This document shows, one piece after another, positions 44,999-57,084 of a stretch of DNA of 64,000 bases. Made by a program: the position numbers and the translations under genes. Position 1 is the first letter of the stretch. Every line of letters begins with the position of its first letter. Below the pieces are notes generated by a model. That model was given only the letters and a program-made list of their open reading frames with translations. It searched no databases and was not told the DNA's origin. Source of the DNA: Macrostomum lignano (taxonomy: Eukaryota); contig NIVC01000911.1 of NCBI GenBank assembly GCA_002269645.1, forward strand, positions 62,001 to 126,000, in the 5' to 3' direction.

Positions 44999-45330
44999 AT
45001 GGAAAAAAATCGAAGCTCGCACTAAGGTGAAGTTTCTTGTAAAACCTGGTTGTAAGCCAACCGAAATCATTGACGCTTTGAAGAAGGTCTATGGGGACAC
45101 TGCTCCCTCAAATCCGACCATTTACCGCTGCATTCAGGCTTTTAAGGAAGGCCAAGAGTCAATGGAAGACGCCCAGCGGTCTAGAAGGCCCACAACATCG
45201 CGCAGAGGAAAATGTGGCAGCTGTGCAACAGGTGATTGAGTGAGCAGGATCGGCGCGTGACCATAGACAATATTGCTGACCAAGTGGGCATCTCTCATGG
45301 CATCAATCAATAATTCAAAGGCATACTAAA
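44999..45330 (+). mobile_element. Mariner (Mos1-like) transposase N-terminal HTH fragment, frameshifted
   Basis: MEK(fs)IEARTKVKFLVKPGCKPTEIIDALKKVYGDTAPS..TIYRCIQAFKEGQESMEDAQRSRRPTT...DRRVTIDNIADQVGISHG. Confidence 0.85.
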
Positions 45331-46520
45331 TGCCAGATACATTAGGCTGTACAAGCTACATAAGTAAGCCAAATAGAATAATGCAGTTGATGAGAATGTC
45401 TGCTATGCTTGGCCTGAAGGGAAGTGTAAGTCAGTGTATTTGCTACCATTCTAATTTTTTTAGACTTTTATATGTATATTCCTACCCATACCCTAATCTA
45501 TTAACATCTAGGTCAGATAATAAATGTCTTGTCTTGTCTCTGAAAGGAGCAACAAATTTCATTTGCATCAAAGTTAGATACTATAATCTGGTAAGAACAT
45601 GGCTAGAGCAAATTGCATAGTAGCCCAATTTATAGCCAGCTGTGGCTATTCATTATAGTGGGTCTGCAATATCAATTTAACCTAACACTGATAGTGACAC
45701 CCTAGCTCCAAGTCATGATTCCATATAAAAGCAACCCCTGAAACTTTATGATACTAGCTAATTACTATTGAAACCAAACAATGTACCCATTTGCTGCAGC
45801 TATAGGCAGCTGAATGAAGCAGGATAATGTCAATAAGCTCTAGCAGGCTTGCTGTTTTAGTTTGCAGGTAAGTATTGACAGTTATTGAATGGAGGATTAT
45901 GGGTATATAAAATAATTGTGAAAATGATGATATATCATTGTCAGTAGAATGAATAAAAGCAAATACTTAAGCCGTCTATTAACATTTTAATATACTTTTT
46001 TTAAATAGTAAGAAAGTGCAGTGCTATTAGGAATGCATCACTTTCTATAGGCAAAAGAGACTATTGGGATCCCACTGCAGCCCCCAGAGTACTGAGTATA
46101 TATAAACATCAATAATTGTTTTTTAAATATTTTTATTAGGATTGCTTATTAAATATAAGATTAGGTATATAAATTCTTTCAAGTGGATAAGATCACTAGT
46201 TATTTAATGGAGAAGTCAGTCTTCATTATGGTTAACATTATCAATATGAGCCAAGCAATTGCAAATCAGCCTCTGAAGATTCTTTACTGAAGGTATGCAC
46301 CCTAGAGCATGGTTTATGACATAATAGAAATGACTTCTGTCAGGTGATAAGCATGGTAAATGACTAGCTATATAGTCTTATTGCCTATCTGAGGACATTA
46401 AAGAATTGAAGCTACTAGAAAAACAGTTGAATTATTTAAGAGATAAGACTTGGTTTAGTAGTATCTCACTCAAGTAGGAATCCAAAGAAAATATTAACCC
46501 CAAGGGCATCACATATTCTA

Positions 46521-47308
46521 CGAGGGGTGTTGCAAAAGTTTCTGGACTAATGCTAATCCTAGTGACAATTCGTGTTTGATTTGGCTGAAAATTGATGTCT
46601 ATGGTATTCAGCCATAGAAAAAAACTTTTCCTAAATTTTTTGCAGCTTAGTCAATCACAGTATACACCAGGGCCAAAATAAGTTGCAACCCTTTGAAGCT
46701 GTTGACACGATTTTTCACAAACCAAAAGTGAGCGAAAATGAGTCAACTGAAGAATCCATTGGAGTTCGGGTCTAAGGAAAGCCAGCGCCACTTTATCATG
46801 GCATGCCAACGACAGGGCAAAACAGCGACACAGACCTTTGATGAGGTGCATCTTGCTTTCGGTGTTCTTTGGCCCAATGAAGATGCCAATGCGTGGCGAG
46901 ATCTTCACAATGCGGGAAGAGGTCATTGAAGCAGCCAACAAGTCTGCATCAGTTCGATGCTAGCTTCTAGGAGTCTGGCTTTGACAAGCTGATTGAGAAC
47001 TACCAAAAATGCATCTCCGTAAATGGCAAATACGTAGAGCAAGCCAGCAATCAATCTGTGGACACATCCGGCAATAGAAGCAACAGTGACAGTGATTGGT
47101 AGCTGTAACTTGGAAATCGTATTTCATGACTATAAATAATCTAGTGTACAATCGCTTATTACTATTAACCATCAACTCCAAACTTTCTGAAACTTTATAA
47201 TATTATAAAATACAAGTTGCCTGTTTGTCTGTTTAAATTTTTTGCTGAATCAGACTAAAATTATCACCATGAAGAGCATTAGTCCAGAAACTTTTGCAAC
47301 ATCCCTTG
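46521..47308 (+). mobile_element. Internally deleted mariner element
   Basis: ~34-bp TIRs (CGAGGGGTGTTGCAAAAGTTTCTGGACTAATGCT) with TA on both sides. N-terminal SKESQRHFIMACQRQGKTATQTF is joined directly to C-terminal FFGPMK..MRGEIF...EEVIEA and ESGFDKLIENYQKCISVNGKYVE; the catalytic core is missing. Confidence 0.9.
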
Positions 47309-49588
47309 TAATTATGAAAATACACATTTATTTGATCCCTAGTTATTTCTATATATAATTTTGAAAAAAAGTTATACAATCAATTGTTATATAAAACCTC
47401 TAAAAAAGTTGAGCTTAATGTCAAGCATTATTTATATGATTTTTCACATTACTTGCAAGATATGAACCCTGAGCATTTTATCAATGTCAAGTGGCTTAGG
47501 TACTACATGGCAGTCAGTTGCATTTCTGTTTTCAAGAATCAAATGCCACCTAAGCTATAGACAATAGTAATACTTAAGCTATTGCTTAAGGAGTATATAG
47601 CACAGGCTTTTTACTGACATTGGCAATTATGCAAAATATGCTAGGCATCATAGCATAACACTAAACAAGGCTTTATAGTAGTAAATTTGTTTTCATCTTG
47701 ATTTTTGTATCATTTCCCATGTTTATTGTAGCATCTTTACTTTATTCATATCCTTAACCTCACCTAAGTAGGCATGGCTTATATCTACTTGACCTAAGAA
47801 ACCATGGCAAAGTGGCCCTAATTGAACTGCAGTCCATATTGCTTAATAACTATAGAAAGCTTTGCAAAACTGTCTATGGAGCAATTACAATGGGCTCCTA
47901 GACCTAAACTAAGAACTGGAGTCATTGGATACACCTACTATTGACCAAATAGGTTCCAACTAAATGAATAGTTTCTGCCCAAACATGAGCTGAAGTTGCT
48001 ACAGCTTGCTTGACTTCTATGTTGACAATCCTACTTATTGACCAGCGAACTCTGTGCATCAATTGATTCAAAATTTGGCTAACTGGTTCCCTGATTGGCC
48101 AACTGAGCCCATGTATTCAAATAGCTAAAATACTCTCCTAGCTATTAATAAGATAGCATGATTCAAAAACAAATAACTTACTTGCTCATTTACTTATCTT
48201 TGATCTAGCATCTGAGATGCTAGTCCTGAGCCAAGGTGAAGCCTTTACCAAGTATGACCATAAAAGCATTAAATGGCTTGGTCACTTTATTGTGAAATTT
48301 TAGTTTTGGCTTGCCAAGTGCAAACATGACTTCAATCTAGACAAGCTTAAAAGAACAATTGACATTAGAATAATCTAGTTTTTGCTCTAAAGTGATATAC
48401 TTCTACAATAGCAAAACATTTGGCTAATGTGCTTTTTTGCTTATAGCTACATGAAATTCTAAAGACTAGCCACTCTTATTATGTTTAGCAAATATTTTTC
48501 CACTTTTATTATAGACAGCTCCATTATTAAGCAAAGTTTCTTATTTTTTATCAAGCAAAATTGAGTGCAATCAACTAGAAATAAAAAAGTATATCTTAAT
48601 ATTGTACAAGAGTTTTCTATATGATTATGCCATTGTACTATAAGAGCACAATGCCTAACACAAGTGCTACTAGAATCTATTAGAAGTTGATATCAATAAA
48701 GTTTGTCAATACCATTGCCTATGGTATGACAACTAAAGCATTTAACTCAATGATACATTAATAAATGCATTTTTAAATGTCTATATAATAACTTTGCTTA
48801 GTGATTATATGTAAGTAGTATTTTTGCTTTAACAATTTATTTATAAGTTCTAACTTGAAATATTACTTTATAGTTTTCAACCCACTTTGGTAAAGGAATT
48901 TTTGACAAAAGTCAATAATGGCAAAAAAATTGCAATAACCATTTTGTTTAAAGCTAGCCATTTAAGCCAACAATTTATTAAGAGTTGTCTAAGCTTTGGC
49001 AAAGAATTTTTGTTATTTTATAAAAAGTCAAAATGAAAGAAGATGAACTTTATTAACACTATTGTTATATGCTTTCTATTTTGTAGCAATTTTACTATTC
49101 AATAAATAAAATGTTGCTTTACTAGATTAGATGCCTTTCTATTATAATAAGATTTTAAAGTACAATTTTTATGAGATATTGCAAGTCATGCAAAGAGTTC
49201 TTGTGAGAGAAGCTCATATTTCTCTTCTCCATTCTTTATCTTTTCTCCCTCCTTTGGCTTGCAATCATCAGGGACTCCTGAGCGCATTTTGCTTAGGGGC
49301 CCAGCAAAGTAGACCTAGAAGGGCAGTCATTGCGCTAGGTTCTAAATTTGGCCCTTGAGATAAAAAGTTTGCTGACCCACATGTAAAAGCACTAGGCTTA
49401 GGAACATGGCCATTGTGCAGTCCACCAATTGTTATAACTCCATAGAGAACTTTATAGCAGTTCTCAATGCATTTTGATAGGAGAAATACCCAGTCCATCT
49501 TATATAGTTGCATGTATGGTCGCATAAGACACAAATACTCAAGATTCATTAATGCCCAGACACATGAATGCGTATGCAAGTGCGCATC

Positions 49589-50169
49589 CAGTGGTGTGAT
49601 TGGAAAGTTTGCCAAATTTCGCACCAACTGAAAATTTTCACGCCATACCAATAATATTCTACTGACAGCCAAATAAGTCAATAGATGATACTTTTGAAGA
49701 TGTGTCTGGCTACCAATTAGCATGTCTCTCAAGTCCCAGCCGTGTCCCACCTGAACTTCTTGTTGGCAATGTCTCGGGCAAACGACTGCTCGTGCTGGTG
49801 ATTGACGACGTTGACAGCAGCTCAGCAGCCTTGCGCTTCAAGACAAGCTCAGCTAGCTTCTCTGCCTCCTTCTTCTTCTTCTTCTTCTGCACATTCTGCT
49901 GCTGACACCTCAGTTCTTCAATCTTGGCATCCTTGCTCTTGGTGGCCGCCATCAACTTGTGAAGCAGCAGTTAGATTAATCTCTTAGACCTAAGCTATGA
50001 CATTCTTGTATTTCATACTGTCTGACAAGAGAATAAGTGTAAAAAGCAGAAAATAAGAATGCAATTTTTGTGCCCATGGTTCCACAAAATTTCATGCCAG
50101 ACCCCTAGGATTCGCGCATTCGCGCCATTTTCGCGCCTGGTGCGAATTCGTGCCTGAATCACACCACTG
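49589..50169. mobile_element. hAT-like non-autonomous element carrying an exon-like ORF
   Basis: 13-bp TIR CAGTGGTGTGATT; 8-bp TSD TGCGCATC/TACGCATC (7/8); subterminal TTCGCACCA..GAAAAT at both ends. Confidence 0.8.
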
Positions 50170-51188
50170 TACGCATCATTAATGCCCAGATAGTATGAGT
50201 GCATATGGGTAACGCATTGGTATAGAATATTTTGCATCGAAACATTTAACCTAATGGAGTCTGGTATTGCAAAATTGCAAAATTTAATCATTTAAAAAAA
50301 ATATCGCAATAAATAAAACAAGTCATCAATATAATAATAATTGTAAGCGATACAAGATTATGTAGCTATGTCAGCCACATATGCGTATCATTCATATAAT
50401 GAAAATTTTGGTCATTTTGTCAACAAGCAAATGGGAAAGATTGGTCACTTTGTTAACCACCAGTAAAGCCACCCTAATACTTTGGTCACTTTGTCAACCA
50501 AGTTGACAAAATACCAGTTGACAAAATGACTATTACCCGTGATTGGCCAGCTATTGTGAGCATTATTATGATCCTTATTCCCTAGCCCCACCTCTATCCA
50601 ATGATGATAATATATTTGCCGTCTAGCTGCACAGTTTATTCATAATTTATAAACAAAAAGTTAAGTAGTATATTGGTCCAGTCAAGTCAATATTTAATTA
50701 GGTCTTTTGGGTAACCTAATATTTTTAAATATATTTGTACACTTTAAAAAATCATGATTTTATTATCTTTACTTTAACAGTTAAAATTGTTTTAAGAGAC
50801 AGTCTAAATGATTTTTAATATTGTATACTGATATTGTTATTTGTTAATATTGTAACATGAATATTGATATCATATTTAATATTTTATTAGTAGACAAATG
50901 ACTGCACTCTATTTTTGAAGATGAAAGAGTGGTAGACAAACTAGCAGTCAGATGAAACAACTATCAACCTTAACTTTGTTTAACTTGGAATATTCTAACC
51001 AAGTTGTTCTAACTCATAATTCAACCATGATGATATTAGACCTACAAGTCAGAACAACAATTGTAAAAACTGTATTACGAGTTGTAATAATGGTTAAAGC
51101 ATTCCAAGTCTGACTTAAGAGGTTAGAGGTATAGTATTTAAGAATTTAAATTTCTTTCACATTAAGCCTAAGGCTTAAAAGCAGACTT

Positions 51189-51283
51189 GGCATGGTTCTA
51201 GTTTACTTCGTTATATTCCAACCCCCTACCCTTGAAATGAATAGAGGGCGAAATAATTTAACACAGTAAACTAGAACTATGCC
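51189..51283. mobile_element. 95-bp Merlin-like MITE
   Basis: 18-bp TIR GGCATGGTTCTAGTTTAC (1 mismatch); perfect 8-bp TSD GCAGACTT. GG termini with an 8-bp TSD fit Merlin. Confidence 0.75.
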
Positions 51284-52275
51284 GCAGACTTTACACAAGA
51301 GTTTCTAAAAACTAAAAAGTAAAAGTGTCTTTGCAAAGTAAATTAGCAATTAGCATCAAACAAAATAAATTTAAATAAGCTAAAGACCTTAAGCATGGGA
51401 GGAACAAAATAGTTAGAGTTGGCCCCTAGTTCAGAATAAGACATTATCACAATGACAAACATGGTATGTGTCCTATCCTATATAGCAATATAGCAATAAG
51501 GTGACACTGACGTCTGTCAACAAAGTGATTGAGCAACTAAACAGTCACATACTTGAGGGGACTGCTGGGTTAAAATTGAAAGAAGAGTTCGTGCTGCAAT
51601 GTACAAATCATGTAAATTTTTAAATGGCGGTTGTGGTTGTGAGAACATCGAACACTAACATTAGGCCTAAGTCTAACTTGATGTGATTATCTAGTGATTT
51701 AAAAGTACATGTACAGGAGTATTAGTGTCTCGAATTTATACTGTCGAGACCATTAATTAGTGTTTTATTTGCATATTTATTGTTACATTATAATCTTTGA
51801 TAATTATACAGCTATATATGTTTTACACTCTTACAGTAGGAGCGGCCTAACCCTTTACAGAAATATCATTTTGTTCACCTTTTTCTTAGAAATTATACAA
51901 GCCGAGAAACAAAAAGTAGCAAACCAAATCAAGGTATTTTTCTAAAAACTTAAAAAAAGTAATATTAAAAATAATATTTATATACAAAACCTTAAAAATT
52001 AATTAAGTTGATAAAGCTAATTTAAAAATTATTTTGAATTACGAATACTAATCGATTAAAACACGTACAAGAAAGCTGCACCCAAATATCTTATGAGTAG
52101 AAATAGAAACTCAAAGAGCCAGCGAGAGAGCTATTTCCAGGCCAACTAATTAGAGTTCTAGAAAATTCTAGGCAATCTTTTGATATTAGCTAATTTACAA
52201 AAGGTAACTAAAGTTGTTAAACCCCAACTAGATTGCTAATTGGTTTTCATACAGACGTACAGTGCATCGAGTGCA

Positions 52276-52390
52276 ATGGATTTGGACAGAAAGAAAACTC
52301 TTGTTGCAAGCATAGTGGCCTTTTTAGAGAATGAGATTAAAGAAAATGCAGAAAAGCCTGAGTTTACAGATTTTGTTGAAGGCCTTGAGG
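52276..52390 (+). CDS. SGTA: First coding exon of SGTA/SGT (N-terminal dimerisation domain)
   Basis: MDLDRKKTLVASIVAFLENEIKENAEKPEFTDFVEGLE followed by G|GTGAGT; compare the SGTA start MDNKKRLAYAIIQFL...AQESLEV. Downstream exons were not found in the window. Confidence 0.75.
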
Positions 52391-52576
52391 GTGAGTATAC
52401 AAAATGATTTTAGTAGGGCCTAATTTAGTACTAAGTAAAGAATTTTTATTAGGCCCTATAGTATTTTAGCAATTTTAGTATTATTTCTTTGAGTTTAACT
52501 TGAGCCAAGACAGTTTAACCTTATAATATAAAAAACTTTTATTGTTAAATGTGTTTATTTTGAATTAGAGGTTGTT

Positions 52577-53362
52577 GGCTCATTCCATATAAGCATGGTC
52601 GTAACATGACAGGTTATTTTTACTTATAAAATGAAATCTAATAATAGAATATACTAAACCAATATTTTAAATGAAAGATTATTTTGTCTAGAATATATTT
52701 ATAGAGTTTCATATAGATATCATCATTAGTATAGATGCTATTAAACCTTAAATGACACTTATGGTCGTAACGACAGGATTTTTGACATATAGAAACTAAA
52801 AGGTAAAAGTCTTATAACATTTTTCATTTTTGATATTTTGCAATACATTTTTAAAATTTGACTAAGAACATCTTTAGAAATCATACTCTTTTATTAGAAT
52901 ATATAAACTCAAAAGGCAACAAAGATACAAAAGAAAAGGCAGCCTTATGGTCGTAACATTATGGTCGTAACATATTTTTTTCTGTCAATTCAGTAACTTT
53001 GAGGTACTAATACATTAAAAATATAATAGATTATTTGGTCACCAATGCTTTTATCTGATGATGCAAGTACTATACTTTTATCTATAGTTTGTTTCAACCT
53101 TCAAAAGCTTTCTATTTGTTTTTAAAAGGTACAAAATCTTAATGATGTCTTTTGCTTTGAAAAATGTCCAAATTTTTACAAAAATGACTTTTTGCCAATT
53201 GATAACATACTAATCCAACATTTTACCATTCCTTTATTCTTAGATTGTATATATTGCACAATATAAACATTTGGTAAAAAAATAGGCTAATTAGGCAATG
53301 GCAAGCAAAAATATTGACTTTTTTCTATTTTCCAAATATGTCCATCTTATATGGAATGATCC
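52577..53362. mobile_element. Non-autonomous TIR element with 4-bp TSD (possibly Sola-like) in SGTA intron 1
   Basis: 17-bp TIR GG(C/A)TCATTCCATATAAG; TGTT on both sides; internal repeated ATGGTCGTAAC motif (~52595, 52760, 52948, 52961). Confidence 0.7.
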
Positions 53363-53609
53363 TGTTTAATTTCGTAATTAGGATGCTTATCTTATTACAT
53401 TTTTGCACTTTTTGGTGGACATTGGATATATTGTGGACATATTGGACATAGTGGACATATTGGACATTATGTTATGTAGTGTAAATAGTAATGTTTAAGC
53501 AAAGCACTGTAATAAACAATAGTCCATAGAGGCAAGTTTAGAAGTATATGCAGCATGCCTAAAGTTTAATAAATTAAATTATAAAGTTTTGTATTGCTCT
53601 ATGCCATGC

Positions 53610-53755
53610 TACATTGTGCCTGAATGTGCCATGCTGCAATATCCTAGCCACATTGTGCCATGCTGCAATATCCTAGCCACATTGTGCCATGCTGCAATAT
53701 CCTAGCCACATTGTGCCATGCTACAATGTCCTAGCCACACTAGGCCATGCCACAA
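53610..53755. repeat. 29-bp tandem repeat, ~4 copies (TGTGCCATGCTGCAATATCCTAGCCACAT)
   Basis: Direct inspection; the 4.2-kb hAT element is inserted at its end. Confidence 0.8.
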
Positions 53756-53863
53756 CTAGTGATGGACTGAATGTGGATTTTTACAAGTTTCCGAAACCGA
53801 ATCCGAATGTACAAAAAAATCTGAATCCAAATCCAAATGTTTCCGAATATAAGCAAAGTGTCA

Positions 53864-53954
53864 GGTAAACGGCGGGAGTAACTATGACTCTTTTAATTTA
53901 TGAAAATGTCTCGTCATCTAATTAGTGCGCACATAATTTGACTGACAAGATTCC
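53864..53954 (+). pseudogene. Degenerate 28S rRNA fragment (domain IV, helix 69-71 region)
   Basis: GGTAAACGGCGGGAGTAACTATGACTCT (28 nt) and CTCGTCATCTAATTAGTG (18 nt) are identical to the conserved eukaryotic LSU sequence as recalled; the intervening block is mutated. Confidence 0.85.
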
Positions 53955-54409
53955 ATCTCTCCTGAGATTATATTCGTACTCGTACTTTTATCTTAGGGGT
54001 CGGATGTGATCACAATCGTGAATTCAAGACCATTTTTTCACAATAGTGATTTTGTTGAAACCTGTTCCAACAGATGTGAAGTTCTGCTTACGTTTTTATT
54101 AGAAATACAAGCTGTTGAAACCTGCAGATTTTGAACCCAGGGAATTCCAATCCCCGGAACTACTCTTGCCTGTATTCTGAAATCTAAGGTCATACCCCAT
54201 ACACAAACAAATTAATAGTTAGTAGGATAGAGGTAGACATAAAATGGAGCACATTCGTGTAAAATTAGGGTTTGAGGCAAACATTTATACTGTTTGCTGG
54301 AATGCTGGGGTACTCCACAGAATGCCAGGCAATGTCTGTCTGACTCTAAAACATGTATTGGCAAACTCTGGCCTCTCCCTGAATCTCCCTATGTCCCTTG
54401 GATTCTTTA

Positions 54410-55032
54410 AAATTTCTATCGTCTCTTTTGTTTCCTTTCTTCTCTCTCATCCTTCATCTCGTCTCTCCTCTCTCTTCTCTCGTATCTTCCCTCATCTCTC
54501 TTCTCTTTCATCTCTCTTATCTCATCTCTTCCCTTTTCTTTTCTCTCTCCTCTCCTCTCTCCTTTCTACTTTTCGTTTTCTCTCTGCTCTCTTCTCTCTT
54601 CTCTCGTATCTTCCCTCATCTCTCTTCTCTTTCATCTCTCTTATCTCATCTCTTCCTTTTTCTTTTCTCTCCTCTCCTCTCTCCTTTCTACTTTTTATTT
54701 TCTCTTTGCTCTCCTCTCTCCTCTACTCTTTCGTTTTCTCCCTCCTCTCCTCTCTCCTCTCTCCCCCTCTTCTCTCGTCTCTTCCTTCTCCTCTCTATTC
54801 TTTTCTCTCTTCTCTTAACTCTTTCCTCTCTCTCTCATCTCTCCCCTCTTCTCTCGTCTCTTCCCTCACCTCTTTCCTCTTTCCTCTCATCTCTTTTCTT
54901 GTTTTATATCTTCTCTCTCCCCTCGTTGCTCGTCTCTTCCCTCACCTGTCTTCTCTCTCGTCTGCTCTTTCATCTCTCCTTTCTCTTCTTTTATCTTTTC
55001 TCTCTTATCTCTTCTCATTTCTATATGCTCTG

Positions 55033-55095
<63 letters not shown>

Positions 55096-55880
55096 CCTCT
55101 CTCTCTCCTCTCCAATCTCTCTTCTCCTCTCTACTCTCTCCCCTCTTCATTCTCCTATTTCCTCTCTCTCTCCCTGTCTCTCCTCTAGTCTCTGTAATCT
55201 CTTCTCTCTTATCTCTCCTCTGTTCTCTGTACTCTCCCATCTCTCGTCTGTTCATCTGCTCTCTCATCTGTCATCTTTACTCTCTTATACGTTCTCTCAC
55301 TTATCTCCTCTGTACTCATCTCTTTCACCTCTTCTGACTCCTCTCTTTCCTTACTCCTTTCTTCTTTTATCTTCCCTCTTCTATACTCTCTCTCTCATCT
55401 ATTATCTTCTCTCGTCTCTCTGCACTCTCCTCTCACCTTTTTCATCTCTCATCTCTTCTTTCATCTGTCTCATCTCTACAATCTCATCTTTTCCTCTCTC
55501 CTCCTCTTCCCTTTATTCTCTTATCTCTATCTCTTCTCTTCTCACCCCTTCTCTCTCCCTCTTATATCTCCTCTCTTTTCTATCTTTTCTACTCTCTCCT
55601 CTCTAATCTCTCCTCTCCTCTTGACCCTCTGTCATATTCTTTCTGCTCTCTCATCTCTACTCTCTTCTCACTCTTCTCTACTCTCCTCTCATCGATCCTC
55701 TGTCTCATCTCTCCCCTCTTCTCACCTTTACTCTCTCCTCTCCCTCCTCTCTCCCCTCCTCTCGCTTCTTCCTCCCTTCTTCTCTGCTCTCTCCTCACCA
55801 CTTGTCTCTCCTCTTATATTCCATGTTTTCTCATATCCCCCTCTCGTCTCTCCTCTCTTCTAATAGTCTATTCCTTCTCC
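54410..55880. repeat. CT-rich low-complexity tract including (CT)n
   Basis: Direct inspection. Confidence 0.9.
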
Positions 55881-56739
55881 TCTCCACTCTCATCTAGCCC
55901 GCACATAAGCTGGATACTGGATTCTTTATCTGGCTTTTGAAGTAAAAGTCTGCCCATTCCTGCTTGGAAAGCCAGTTTGTGGGACGTAGTACTCTCATGG
56001 CTGTTCTCATGCTTTGATCATGTCATCTTTCTTGCCAATTTGCAGTCCTGAAAGGAATTTGTGTATTTTCAGCTCCACTGCAGTCTGCATCAGTCTAGCA
56101 ACCAAGGAAATATGCATTTCTTAGGACATTTAAAATTTAAAGTACTTTTAAAAGAAACCTAAAATTTCCATGGTGTGCCTAATTTAGTAGGGTTGTTTTG
56201 CATTGCATCGCATCGCCTTTTCATAAATCTTTCGCTTTTACAAACCATGCTGGATTCTCTCGATTTGCCAATTGCCATCTACTGTTAAACTGGTGCAGAG
56301 TTTGCCAATAAAGAGGGCAGTGGTTAGAATTTCTCACTAAACTGTTATGGCTAAACGTAGCCTCTCCACTCTCGGGGTGCAGAGAAGGCTATAAATAAAG
56401 TTATTCCAAAACACTGTACATTTGCTATGTACATTGAGCCCTATCGCCTGACCCTTCGTCTGAGCTAGGGGAATGAGTGAGTGAGTGGCACAAACAACAG
56501 AAAAAGCAGACAAACTTCACATGCTTACAGTTTCTTTTTCGATTGAGTTACAGAGTTGAAACTTTACATTTAGATAGAGAATGGGTCAATGAAGAATTGC
56601 TTCACGTGGAGCAAAACTATGGCAGCCGAAAGTTAGGCATTTTAAAACCTATTCACACCCTTTGCCTAGATTGGGAAAGAGAGGCAGGCGGGCAGAGGTT
56701 GGGGTGGCTGCCTTGCTGAAAAAAACAGCCTAACTTTAA

Positions 56740-57084
56740 AAGTGCATAGCGGCTTTCAGGATTAACTTTGAGACTTGAAATTTTACACAATTGTGTCAAA
56801 ATAGTTGAAAATTGTCTATGTCAAATTTGAAGAGAATCGGTAGAAATGGAGCGGTGCTATGGAGGATTTAGTGAAAAAATTGCGCATTTTGAGCAGTTTT
56901 TTGTACTTTTAGGTAGGAAGACTTGAGTCTAGGAAATTAAAAGGTAGCCTAAGACATTCTCCGTAGTAAGTTTAGGGTGGGTGTAAAGTTTGGTGTAATT
57001 TGGTTGAGCGGTTTGGGAGTCCATAGCGATCAAAATTGTCCACATACACACACACACAGAGTTTTGATTTTTATAGGTAAAGAT
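56740..57084 (+). mobile_element. Helentron/Lep1(DINE)-like non-autonomous element fragment
   Basis: AAGTTTGGTGTAATTTGGTTGAGCGGTTTGGGAGTC...(CA)n...TTTTGATTTTTATAGGTAAAGAT resembles the 3' architecture of Lep1-like elements. Pattern recognition only. Confidence 0.4.

Noticed and set aside
49268-49385. Decayed hAT-MITE-like ends (CAGGGAC…AAAGTTTGCTGACCC)
   Set aside because: TIRs and TSD not recoverable.
50405-50545. TTGACAAAATGAC inverted/direct motif cluster suggesting a MITE
   Set aside because: Only one clear end and no TSD.
53864-53954. Functional rRNA gene or organellar LSU insertion
   Set aside because: Only ~90 bp, mutated, with no flanking rDNA; the sequence is the eukaryotic cytosolic type, not 23S-like.
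54244-55863. Long Leu/Ser-rich 'membrane protein' ORFs
   Set aside because: CT-rich low-complexity tract.
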